IMG/VR virus record: IMGVR_UViG_3300043409_003130
Span: 18,526 to 82,525 of that record
Source of the DNA: a virus
Lineage: Duplodnaviria > Caudoviricetes
Length of the DNA stretch: 64,000 nucleotides
Strand: one strand, 5' to 3'
The notes below the pieces were generated by a model that worked only from the letters and a program-made list of their open reading frames with translations, made no database searches and was not told the origin of the DNA. This document shows positions 9,876-18,499 of the stretch, one piece after another. How positions within the stretch are numbered: the first letter of the stretch is position 1; each line of letters starts with the position of its first letter. The position numbers and the translations under genes are program-made.

Positions 9876-12200
9876 ATGTCAAATTTAAAAATAAAGGCTC
9901 ATACTTCGTTTATTGGAACCACCGGTTATAATAATCATGCTCAGTCATTTTTTAAAACCCTATCAAAGTATACACCAGTTGAAGTTAGAAATTTTACAAT
10001 AGGTAAAAGCTGGACTAATTATTCAGATGAACCACATAATGGTGAGCCTTATTTAGATAATACCCTAAAAACAATGTTAGTTCAACAAAGTTTATGGGAT
10101 CATAATAAGCGGCTGTCGGACTATCCAATTTATAAAAATTGGCATAATCCAGGCAAAGCGGATATTAACTTAGTTTTAAATGAAACCAATCATCACTATT
10201 TTTATCAAGACTATCAAGGCTATTCAATTGCCTATAACGTTTGGGAATCAACTTTACAACCTGAAGCTTTTTTTAATAGACTATTAGACTTTAATGAATT
10301 ATGGGTTCCTTCAAAATGGCAACGAGACTGTACGATTGCTCAAGGTTATCCAGCTGATAAAATATTTGTTATACCAGAAGGCGTTGACTCTGATATATTT
10401 TTTCCAGAAGAGGTTAGCCATCCACTAACCAGTAATGGCAGATTTACCTTTTCTATATTTGGAAGATGGGATTACCGAAAGTCAACCAAGGAATTAATAG
10501 AAACTTTTTTATCTGAATTTTCAAAAGACGAACCGGTTGACCTAATATTAAGTATTGATAATCCATACTCTGGTGATGGGCTAACGAGTACAGAAGAGAG
10601 ACTTGCCCATTATAACTTTACAGATGACCGCCTTAAAGTATTACACTTACCGCCTAGAGAAGAATATATTAAATTATTAAAGTCAACTAGCGTATTTCTT
10701 TCATGTGCCCGAGCCGAAGGTTGGAATCTTCCATTAATTGAGGCAATGTCATGCGGAACTCCATCAATCTATTCAAACTGCTCAGCTCAATTAGAATTTG
10801 CAGAAGGTAAAGGTTTACCAGTTAAAATAGTTGGTGAAAGGCCGATTAGTGAAAGTACCTATGCTCATTTTAATGAGAGTATTGGAAACTATTATGAGCC
10901 TGACTTTGTAGACCTAGCAAAGGTAATGAGATCAGCCTATACAGATTGGGCTAAATATAAAAAGGAGGCACTATCCCAGGCCAAGGAAATTCATAAAAAT
11001 TTTAATTGGGATAAAATTGCAAAAGAGGCAATGGATCATATTAATAGTCAGTCTGAAATCATTAACCGTGTGAACTCAGCTGCTAGCAAACCGCTAAATA
11101 TTGGCCATCATTTTGTTAGAGGCGCACATATTGAGTTATCCGGAGGCGATCCTAATCAATATTGGGTTGAATTTATAAATCAATCAACCGGCAAAGTTGA
11201 ACACTCTGGAGAAATTTCAAATAGTATGTGGATTAAAACCAGTAAAACCTATTTTATTGACTGGTTAATAACTGTAAAAGACCTTTCGTCAGGAGAAATT
11301 GTGTTTAACAAAAAATTAGATCTATTAGATAAACGTGTCTATATTTCGCTTGATTCAAAATCATTAGGTGATACCCTAGCCTGGTTTCCAGCAGTTGAAG
11401 AATTTCGTAAAAAACACAAGTGTAAAGTTATATGCTCTACTTTTCAAAATGATTTTTTTGAAAAAACCTATCCAGAAATAGAATTTATTAAACCTGGAGA
11501 TGAAGTACACGATGTAAAAGCCCTATATTCAATTGGGTGGTATTATGGTGAAAATGAAGAATTAAATCCAAATATGAATCCTAACGAGACTAAAAATCAA
11601 CCAATGCAAAAAACTGCATTTGATATTTTAGGGCTTGAATATCAAGAAGTTGTTCCAAAATTAAGTATTCCAACTGAAACTAAAAAGAAACAGGTTGCCA
11701 TTGCAATTCATGCAACTTGTCAGGCTAAATATTGGAATAATCCAACCGGTTGGCAAGAGGTTGTTGACTGGTGTAGTTCCCATAATTATGAAGTTGTCCT
11801 AATTTCAAGAGAAGATTCAGGTTTCATGGGAAATATTCAGCCTACTGGTATTAGAAAATTACCAAGCGGTCCAATTGAGGCAGCTATTTCTGAAATTTCA
11901 AAGTCTGAAGCTTTTATTGGAATAGGCAGTGGTCTAAGTTGGTTAGCATGGGCATTAGGAACTCCAACTATCCTAATTTCAGGATTCTCACATGACTATA
12001 CCGAACCACTTACAAATACCAATAGAATTTGTTCACCGGCTGGTAAATGTGCAGGTTGTTTTAATACTCATAAATTAGATCCAAGCGACTGGAATTGGTG
12101 CCCGATCCATAAAGGAACTGACCGCCAATTTGAATGTTCTAAATTAATTACAGCAGACTCGGTAATATCTCAATTAAAGACGATACTTGGTCTCGTATAG
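9876..12200 (+). CDS. Bifunctional glycosyltransferase: N-terminal GT4 domain + C-terminal Aah/TibC (BAHT)-family protein O-heptosyltransferase domain
   Basis: GT4 motif RAEGWNLPLIEAMSCGTP. BAHT-like motifs SLGDTLAWFP, QAKYWNNPTGW, FIGIGSGLSWLAWALG..ISGFS, and four Cys in CAGC...WCPIH...FEC. Confidence 0.85.
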   Translation: MSNLKIKAHTSFIGTTGYNNHAQSFFKTLSKYTPVEVRNFTIGKSWTNYSDEPHNGEPYLDNTLKTMLVQQSLWDHNKRLSDYPIYKNWHNPGKADINLVLNETNHHYFYQDYQGYSIAYNVWESTLQPEAFFNRLLDFNELWVPSKWQRDCTIAQGYPADKIFVIPEGVDSDIFFPEEVSHPLTSNGRFTFSIFGRWDYRKSTKELIETFLSEFSKDEPVDLILSIDNPYSGDGLTSTEERLAHYNFTDDRLKVLHLPPREEYIKLLKSTSVFLSCARAEGWNLPLIEAMSCGTPSIYSNCSAQLEFAEGKGLPVKIVGERPISESTYAHFNESIGNYYEPDFVDLAKVMRSAYTDWAKYKKEALSQAKEIHKNFNWDKIAKEAMDHINSQSEIINRVNSAASKPLNIGHHFVRGAHIELSGGDPNQYWVEFINQSTGKVEHSGEISNSMWIKTSKTYFIDWLITVKDLSSGEIVFNKKLDLLDKRVYISLDSKSLGDTLAWFPAVEEFRKKHKCKVICSTFQNDFFEKTYPEIEFIKPGDEVHDVKALYSIGWYYGENEELNPNMNPNETKNQPMQKTAFDILGLEYQEVVPKLSIPTETKKKQVAIAIHATCQAKYWNNPTGWQEVVDWCSSHNYEVVLISREDSGFMGNIQPTGIRKLPSGPIEAAISEISKSEAFIGIGSGLSWLAWALGTPTILISGFSHDYTEPLTNTNRICSPAGKCAGCFNTHKLDPSDWNWCPIHKGTDRQFECSKLITADSVISQLKTILGLV

Positions 12201-12210
12201 ATAATTCTAT

Positions 12211-12828
12211 ATGATTTTAAACTCAAGACAGAATGGATTTCTAATAAATTTACCGCAGGATTTTTTTAATGCTGAGGTTCAAACCCGATATGATAAATAT
12301 TACAGAAATTTATTATTACCGTATAAGTCAATTTCAGATTTTATGGCATCTACCATTCAAGGAGTTAATTTTCCAGGTTTAACAACGGTATTGCCTACTC
12401 AAATTAGAACACTAGGCAAAATTCAAGAAGTGCAAAGTGCAAAACCTATTGCGGATATGTTTACTAGAGAGTTAAAATTAACTTTTAAGTTAACTGATGC
12501 ATATCTTAACTATTTTATATTTTTAGATAATGCACTAAATTATTTAGAACCAGCAAACACCTCAACCTCGTATATTGGAAATACGGCACTAGGCCAATCG
12601 TTAACCGTTCCGCCAATTGCCAATAATAATCATCCATTTTTTAGTCCAATCCGATTAACTCTATTAAATAACGAAGGGTATGCAGTAAGTTCAGTAATAT
12701 TTAACCGGCCTCAGCTTAAACAGCTCAGTGAATTAACCCTAAGTTATTCAGCAGTGGTTCCAAAGTTTAGCTTTTTTACTGCAACTTTTAGCTATTATAA
12801 TTTTGATTTAGAATTAGACTTTGACTAA
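12211..12828 (+). CDS. Tail tube-fold protein, T4 gp3-like tail completion
   Basis: TIQGVNFPGL...ELKLTFKLTDAYLNY...LSELTLSY...FTATFSY pattern; lies near a gp15-like gene. Confidence 0.55.
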   Translation: MILNSRQNGFLINLPQDFFNAEVQTRYDKYYRNLLLPYKSISDFMASTIQGVNFPGLTTVLPTQIRTLGKIQEVQSAKPIADMFTRELKLTFKLTDAYLNYFIFLDNALNYLEPANTSTSYIGNTALGQSLTVPPIANNNHPFFSPIRLTLLNNEGYAVSSVIFNRPQLKQLSELTLSYSAVVPKFSFFTATFSYYNFDLELDFD

Positions 12829-13622
12829 TCGATTCCGCCTGGAATTACTAAACCTTCTTCTGCTAGTTTAGCTCGATACTCTTTTAAAATAAGAGGCATA
12901 TTTAATTTAGGATTAGTACTTTGACTAGCGGTTGTTAATAAAGCGAGCGTCTTTTCGTAGGTATTCCATTTAGCATATGGATAATTTTTTCCAAATAATA
13001 TATCTGAAATTTCAGGAATTGTATCTGCAATAAGCTTGCGATCAACTATTTTATAATTAATCTTTTTTAATTCTTTAGTAAATTGATATATTCCGTCCGG
13101 TCTAAACATATATCCTTTAAACTGGGTTACAGTACTGTTCTTTTCAATTTTATCAAACTGCATAGAGTCTAGTGCACAAAATATCAAAAAGACTCGGTGC
13201 TTAGTGGAATAGTCTTCTTCATCAATTGACTTATAGAAAATATCATTTATATTACGATTTGTGTCTAATGGTTTGACAAACATATCAAATTGTACAAAGT
13301 GCCCTTTAGAAATTTCAAATTTAACTGACACAATATTAAATCCATAAAATATTTTTGTTTCGTATCCAGCCGTTTGAATTTTTGCTGATATATCAGGCAA
13401 ACTAAGCTCAGAATAAAATAGTGCATCAAGATCTCCGGAAATATCTTTTTGTCTCCATGAACCAATTAATTCAAGTTCAGCTTCTCCAAATAATTGAGTC
13501 ATTGCACTTTGGAATTTAGCAAAGGCCGGCTCAACTTCTGCACGATTAAGACTCTGTGCATCCGGAAAAGCATTTCCACCTTCGGTAACGGTAAATGTTT
13601 TAAACTCTACTAGATACTTCAT
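12825..13622 (-). CDS. Pol-beta-superfamily nucleotidyltransferase with N-terminal capsid-targeting-like tag
   Basis: LIGS.....SGDLD signature plus third Asp in FVQFDMF; N-terminus MKYLVEFKTFTVTE|GG. Confidence 0.7.
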   Translation of the reverse strand: MKYLVEFKTFTVTEGGNAFPDAQSLNRAEVEPAFAKFQSAMTQLFGEAELELIGSWRQKDISGDLDALFYSELSLPDISAKIQTAGYETKIFYGFNIVSVKFEISKGHFVQFDMFVKPLDTNRNINDIFYKSIDEEDYSTKHRVFLIFCALDSMQFDKIEKNSTVTQFKGYMFRPDGIYQFTKELKKINYKIVDRKLIADTIPEISDILFGKNYPYAKWNTYEKTLALLTTASQSTNPKLNMPLILKEYRAKLAEEGLVIPGGID

Positions 13623-14386
13623 ATATTTGGATCTTGGCCGGTTGTTTGATCAACCCAACCACTTGTTAGTGTATTATTATTAATTGAATCCTTTTTAACT
13701 ATACCAATTTTGTCCATAATATTAGAACTTTTACGTTTAGAAGTTTTTTCAAAACTAGGGAAATACGTTTCAACCGCAACTGCTAACGAAACCGTTATTT
13801 TATTATCCGTGTTCATGGTAAATGTTGAATATTTTTTATCAACCAGTTCAGTAGACGGAAATGAAAATTGTGCAGGAATTCGAACTCCATTATATTGAAA
13901 ATACATTACTCTATTTGAATAATATATGTCTAATAACTGTTCAGCAATTTTAAATGCTTTATTTAAATTATCACAAATAATTTTAATATCAAATTTTACA
14001 GAGAGCGGAAGTGTATAGAGTTGAGCTGAATAACCAGTAAGAATATTTGCATCATTTGCTCCCTTTTCAGTAGCTGAAAATTGTCCTCTAACAAATTTAT
14101 TTGTAATATCAGCCGAGCTCACCTCAAAAGAAGTCAATGATACAATTCCTCTAGGAATAATATCGTAAGCTCCTTCCGCTACCGGTATTTCACAGTTATC
14201 CGGTAAACCTACATAAAAATCCTTTAAGAAACCTTCATCGGTTGCAAAATTATATAAAAATGGCACTGAAAATGTCTCTTTATGATCTGCTCTAGAAATA
14301 GTAAGATGCATTTCGCTATTTAATAAGTCAAGCAGAGAAATTGTTAAATTTCTTAAAAATATATCATCGGTATTTAATGTATTCAT
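13619..14386 (-). CDS. Tail sheath stabiliser/terminator, T4 gp15-like
   Basis: VPFLY...IPRGIVSL...LPLSVKFDIKIICDNLNKAFKIAEQLL resembles gp15 motifs. Confidence 0.65.
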   Translation of the reverse strand: MNTLNTDDIFLRNLTISLLDLLNSEMHLTISRADHKETFSVPFLYNFATDEGFLKDFYVGLPDNCEIPVAEGAYDIIPRGIVSLTSFEVSSADITNKFVRGQFSATEKGANDANILTGYSAQLYTLPLSVKFDIKIICDNLNKAFKIAEQLLDIYYSNRVMYFQYNGVRIPAQFSFPSTELVDKKYSTFTMNTDNKITVSLAVAVETYFPSFEKTSKRKSSNIMDKIGIVKKDSINNNTLTSGWVDQTTGQDPNI

Positions 14387-14395
14387 ATTTATTAT

Positions 14396-14809
14396 TTAAT
14401 TTGATGAAAATCCGATTACTGCTAATACTGCAAATACACCAGCTGCAATTTTTATAATTTTATTCTTACTACGTTCTTTCTTAACGTCCTTTTCTAAACC
14501 TGTAACAATTTGGGTGTACTTAACCTCTTTTTGTCTATATAAATCAATTTGTGATGAAAAATTAGCTACTTTAGAAACATATGTATTAACCAGTCTCTCA
14601 TTAGTTAAATTCTTTTCTTCTAACTGATTTACTAATATAATAGTTTTAGTTAATTCTATTTTAGCAGAGTCACCTCTTACTAAATCTATTGCAATCTGCT
14701 TTGCAATACTATCTGGAAAGCAGTGAACTTTTTTATTTGTAGCGATTTGTGAAAAAGTCATCGAGCTCAACAGGAGTAGCCCGACTAATATCTTTAATTT
14801 TCTTACCAT
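14396..14809 (-). CDS. Exported coiled-coil protein with signal peptide and C-terminal hydrophobic anchor (spanin-like candidate)
   Basis: MVRKLKILVGLLLLSSMTFSQ signal; heptad-like middle; C-terminal IAAGVFAVLAVIGF. Confidence 0.55.
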   Translation of the reverse strand: MVRKLKILVGLLLLSSMTFSQIATNKKVHCFPDSIAKQIAIDLVRGDSAKIELTKTIILVNQLEEKNLTNERLVNTYVSKVANFSSQIDLYRQKEVKYTQIVTGLEKDVKKERSKNKIIKIAAGVFAVLAVIGFSSN

Positions 14810-15086
14810 AATAATTTTGTATTTCTTTTATTTTATTTTTAGTTGAGTCAATTTGTTGATCTGCAACAACTAAGTTATGTTGATACCCTATAATTAGGCT
14901 ATCGTATTTAAGTTGATCCTTTTCTAATTTAGAGATAATTGTTGATAAACTATCAATTTGTGACTTTTCTTTACTATACTTGTCTGACTGGTCTGGGTCA
15001 ATTGAAATACACAGTGATACAATTAAAATTACAATTATAATTACCAAGGTCCAAATTAGTTTGGTTCCATTTTCTAGTCCTGTCAT
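14733..15086 (-). CDS. Type II membrane coiled-coil protein (i-spanin-like candidate)
   Basis: N-terminal TM LIWTLVIIIVILIVSLCISI followed by coiled coil; overlaps the next gene by 77 nt. Confidence 0.55.
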   Translation of the reverse strand: MTGLENGTKLIWTLVIIIVILIVSLCISIDPDQSDKYSKEKSQIDSLSTIISKLEKDQLKYDSLIIGYQHNLVVADQQIDSTKNKIKEIQNYYGKKIKDISRATPVELDDFFTNRYK

Positions 15087-15091
15087 ATAGT

Positions 15092-15099
15092 TATTTATA
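15092..15099 (-). promoter_or_regulatory. T4-type late promoter TATAAATA
   Basis: Exact TATAAATA ending 5 nt before the ATG at 15086. Confidence 0.6.
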
Positions 15100-15124
15100 T
15101 TAAGTTTTAGTTACTTTACCTATT

Positions 15125-15161
15125 AAAAAATTATGCACTACTGTTGAGATAGTGCATAATT
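15125..15161 (-). terminator. Intrinsic terminator downstream of tmRNA
   Basis: 12-bp stem AATTATGCACTA/TAGTGCATAATT with 9-nt loop, T-tract on the minus strand. Confidence 0.75.
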
Positions 15162-15168
15162 ATTCCCG

Positions 15169-15550
15169 TGGAGGCGGAGAGATTCGAACTCTCGTCCGTA
15201 TAGCCTCAAATTAGGCCTTCGTTTACATGCTTAGTTAATTTTGCTAAACTAACAAACTTCACAGTTCCCTTATTGAATAGGTCGGTTTACTGAGAACTTA
15301 TCTTCTATATCACTTTTAACGATATTGATCATATCGGTTTGCAACTTTGGGTTACTTAAGCAGTTGCCGCTTACCACTTATGCAGCTAATAAAAGCTCTT
15401 CAGTAGCTGGAGTGTTAACTTGGTTAACAAGGCTCCAGAAAGTTATATTGTTGTCAATTAACTTACAGTAATACCAGGTTTACGAGCTTTAAGTATCATC
15501 CTCGACATGCAGACTCAATTGGATAACTAACGTCAAATCCGGTCGCCCCC
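15169..15550 (-). ncRNA. ssrA: tmRNA; predicted tag (A)DNNITFWSLVNQVNTPATEELLLAA*
   Basis: 5' GGGGGCGACCGGATTTGAC pairs with 3' ...GAGAGTTCGAATCTCTCCGCCTCCA (7-bp acceptor stem with G3-U, T-loop GTTCGAAT). Tag ORF 15455..15378 ends LAA-stop. CCA is not fully encoded. Confidence 0.93.
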
Positions 15551-15619
15551 AATTAGTATAATAATAATATACTATAATTATTTATCTGGTATCAAAAATT
15601 AGGTAATAAATATTGGGAT

Positions 15620-15627
15620 TATAAATA
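15620..15627 (+). promoter_or_regulatory. T4-type late promoter TATAAATA
   Basis: Exact motif ending 22 nt upstream of the baseplate gene start. Confidence 0.6.
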
Positions 15628-15649
15628 ACTAAAAAGAAGTCTCAAGATA

Positions 15650-17512
15650 ATGGCTAATTTATCAACTCAAAATAATTCGCTTAGGCTATTTACAAGCCTT
15701 AAAATAAGAATCGGTGATATCTTAGGTGAAACTATTGGTTTTTTACAGGAAACCTTTAAACAAAGTAAAACAATATTTACTGCAGCTTCTCCATTTGGCC
15801 AATTACTAATTGTTTTTGAAAACTTAAGTCAATTAATTTTTTATTATATTGAAGATTCAATTACTGAACTTAATATTTATGAAGCGTCTAGAGCATCTTC
15901 AATATATTCGTTAGCTAGTTTAGCTGGACACAATCCAAGCCGAGCCATTGGAGCAATTGCCCAAATTAGAATTAAACCAAAGACTGGTATATCATTTGAA
16001 AATAATATCATAGTATTAAATGATTTGCTTAAACTTAGGTGTACAAATAATGGACTTCAATACGTGCTTGAATTACCACAAGATGAACTTAGGCTTGACT
16101 TAACAGATTTTCAAACCCTAACTGTTTTAGGTATTAGACAGGGGGAGGTTCAGTCCCAGACCTTTACGGCAAAGGGTATTGCATTTGAGAGTTATCAAAT
16201 GGGTTTAGAAAATAATTATTATGTTGATAATTTTAAAGTAAATGTTTATGTAAATGGAGAAATATGGACTAAATACGAGTCCCTATTAGATATTCCGCGC
16301 GGTGATAAAGGTTTTATTATTAAAACTGGAATAACCAACGGTTTAGATCTGTATTTTGGAAATGGATCATTTGGTAAAATACCAACTCTTGGCTCTACTA
16401 TTGTTGTTGAATATCTTAGTTCAGAAGGAGCTGGCGGCAATATCAAAATAGATGATGCTAGACAAATTAATTTTACGTTTGACGAAACAGGTTTTTCAAT
16501 AGTAGGCGATGAAATTGACTTAAATTCAGTATTAGAAATTACCGTAATAAGTCCTCCAAGCTTTGGAGTTGACCCAGAAGAGCTTGAATTAACCAGATTA
16601 ATTGCACCAAAGGCATCTAAGAATTTTGCACTAATTAACGTGGATAATTATGAAGTCTTATTACACAAATTACAAATGTTTTCAACTATTCGAGTATTTT
16701 TAGCTCCGCCTCCTGCGCCAACTTCGAATACTATACCTGCTGTAATTGCTGCTACTGGCCTGGTTGTTACTGGCCCGGTTACTGGTGTTGCTTTACCAAC
16801 TACTGTATCGGGTAGTTCCCCTACTATAACTGCTGCACTTGGAGGTTCTTCACTTGCGCGTATGATTAATTTATTTTTAATACCCGATGTTTCACAGTTA
16901 TTTGCAAATGGTAGTGACTATTTTAAACTAAATACCGATAAGTTTAAATTAACAAATTATCAAAAAAATCAACTTTTAAATTTTATAGAACGATCTGGAA
17001 CTAAAATGATTTCTACCGATATTATAATTATTGACCCTATCATAACTAAATATGTTTTAAATATAAGTGTTATTGGATTTGAAGATGTTTCAAATGATAT
17101 AATTAAATCGGATATAACTAATGCAATTGGTCAATATTTTATTAAATTAAGTAGATATGATCGAGTTCCAAAAAGTGATTTAATTAAAATTATAGAAGAG
17201 GTAAATGGAGTAGACTCAGTAAGTATCACCATATTATCTGAACTAAATGAAAAGGCTGCAATTGATAGAGCCACTCTTGTGTTAACTGGGGCGAGTTCCA
17301 CAACTAACCAAATTCAATCTGAAGTATTAATTGGATTAGATGAATTTAACGATATCATTATTAATTCTAATCAATTTCCAGTTATTAGAGGAGGCTGGAG
17401 AGATCGTGCCCAAAATTTGTATAGTGAAGTTATCTCAACTACTGAACTTAGCCCAATTAATATTGAAATAAAAACGGTTAAAACAAAACGTAACAAAATA
17501 ACATTATTATGA
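15650..17512 (+). CDS. Baseplate wedge subunit, T4 gp6-like
   Basis: SIYSLASLAGHNP; LYFGNGSFGKIP..GSTIVVEYLSSEGAGGN; E.LELTRLIAP; SDLIKIIEEVNGVDSV. Confidence 0.8.
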   Translation: MANLSTQNNSLRLFTSLKIRIGDILGETIGFLQETFKQSKTIFTAASPFGQLLIVFENLSQLIFYYIEDSITELNIYEASRASSIYSLASLAGHNPSRAIGAIAQIRIKPKTGISFENNIIVLNDLLKLRCTNNGLQYVLELPQDELRLDLTDFQTLTVLGIRQGEVQSQTFTAKGIAFESYQMGLENNYYVDNFKVNVYVNGEIWTKYESLLDIPRGDKGFIIKTGITNGLDLYFGNGSFGKIPTLGSTIVVEYLSSEGAGGNIKIDDARQINFTFDETGFSIVGDEIDLNSVLEITVISPPSFGVDPEELELTRLIAPKASKNFALINVDNYEVLLHKLQMFSTIRVFLAPPPAPTSNTIPAVIAATGLVVTGPVTGVALPTTVSGSSPTITAALGGSSLARMINLFLIPDVSQLFANGSDYFKLNTDKFKLTNYQKNQLLNFIERSGTKMISTDIIIIDPIITKYVLNISVIGFEDVSNDIIKSDITNAIGQYFIKLSRYDRVPKSDLIKIIEEVNGVDSVSITILSELNEKAAIDRATLVLTGASSTTNQIQSEVLIGLDEFNDIIINSNQFPVIRGGWRDRAQNLYSEVISTTELSPINIEIKTVKTKRNKITLL

Positions 17513-17754
17513 TAAGAAATTCAATTTATTGGGGTATATACAATAGAAAAGACCTTCGACTAAATTTAGGATTTAGATATAAAGGTCAAGTTTTAAAAAA
17601 GACCCTATCTAATCAAATGTTTGGAGTTAATCCAATATTAGATGGATTTATTGACTATATGGAATCATTTATATATGAACATATTGAGGCAGTAAAACAA
17701 ATAAAAATCTTTGCCAATCCGGCACTAGATAAAAACGAAAACCGACTAAATTAA
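17509..17754 (+). CDS. Hypothetical protein in baseplate/packaging operon
   Basis: ATGA overlap with the gp6-like gene; 81 aa. Confidence 0.55.
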   Translation: MIRNSIYWGIYNRKDLRLNLGFRYKGQVLKKTLSNQMFGVNPILDGFIDYMESFIYEHIEAVKQIKIFANPALDKNENRLN

Positions 17755-17761
17755 ATAATTC

Positions 17762-18499
17762 ATGGCTCAAGTATTTAACAAAGAAAAAAAGGCACAAATT
17801 CGCGGTGAACTTGAAGACCTATTATCCACATACCAAGGCGGACCAAATCCAGTAGATGATATTGCGGATTCTCAACTAGGTGAAATTGCAATGGCTCCGC
17901 CGCTTGATTTTGAAGAGATGAATTCTAACTTTGAAAAACAGGCAAAGGATATTACAAATTCAATGCTTAAATTTTATGTAGAATTAGGAGTACTTGAAAA
18001 ACATGAATATTTAAAACAGAAACAGATTTTAGATAATTCAAATATTCAAAATATCTTTTTTCAGTTAAAAACAATTCGAATGGCAATTGAAAAAATAACA
18101 GAAGAAATTAATCAAGGCAATACTCATCCACGACTTTTTGAAGTATTTGGGCAGTTACAGGATAAATTAACAATGGTTGTAAAAACCCAAGCCAATTACA
18201 TGTTATTTCTAGAGGATACCTATAAAAAAGTACATCAAGATATTGAACAACGAGGCAGTGGATCTTCTAAGTCAGTAACTCCATTAATTGAGTCTAGTAA
18301 TGAATATTATATAACAGCCGGCACTAAAAATTTAATAAAAGAGATAACAGTTGAGGAAATTGATAAACCATCAGATACTCGCCACCTAACTCATCCTGAT
18401 CGAAAAACTGAAGTTATGCAAGAACGCGGATTAACTCAAATAATAAAGCCTGAAACTTTGATCGATGATTTGTCAGATGATGTTAACTCGTTAATATGA
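17762..18499 (+). CDS. Terminase small subunit, T4 gp16-like
   Basis: HPRLFEVFGQLQDKL helical motif; directly upstream of and overlapping terL. Confidence 0.6.
   Translation: MAQVFNKEKKAQIRGELEDLLSTYQGGPNPVDDIADSQLGEIAMAPPLDFEEMNSNFEKQAKDITNSMLKFYVELGVLEKHEYLKQKQILDNSNIQNIFFQLKTIRMAIEKITEEINQGNTHPRLFEVFGQLQDKLTMVVKTQANYMLFLEDTYKKVHQDIEQRGSGSSKSVTPLIESSNEYYITAGTKNLIKEITVEEIDKPSDTRHLTHPDRKTEVMQERGLTQIIKPETLIDDLSDDVNSLI

Noticed and set aside
15169-15200. Stand-alone tRNA gene
   Set aside because: The T-arm and acceptor half pair with a 5' end about 380 nt away, with a tag ORF between them: it is tmRNA.
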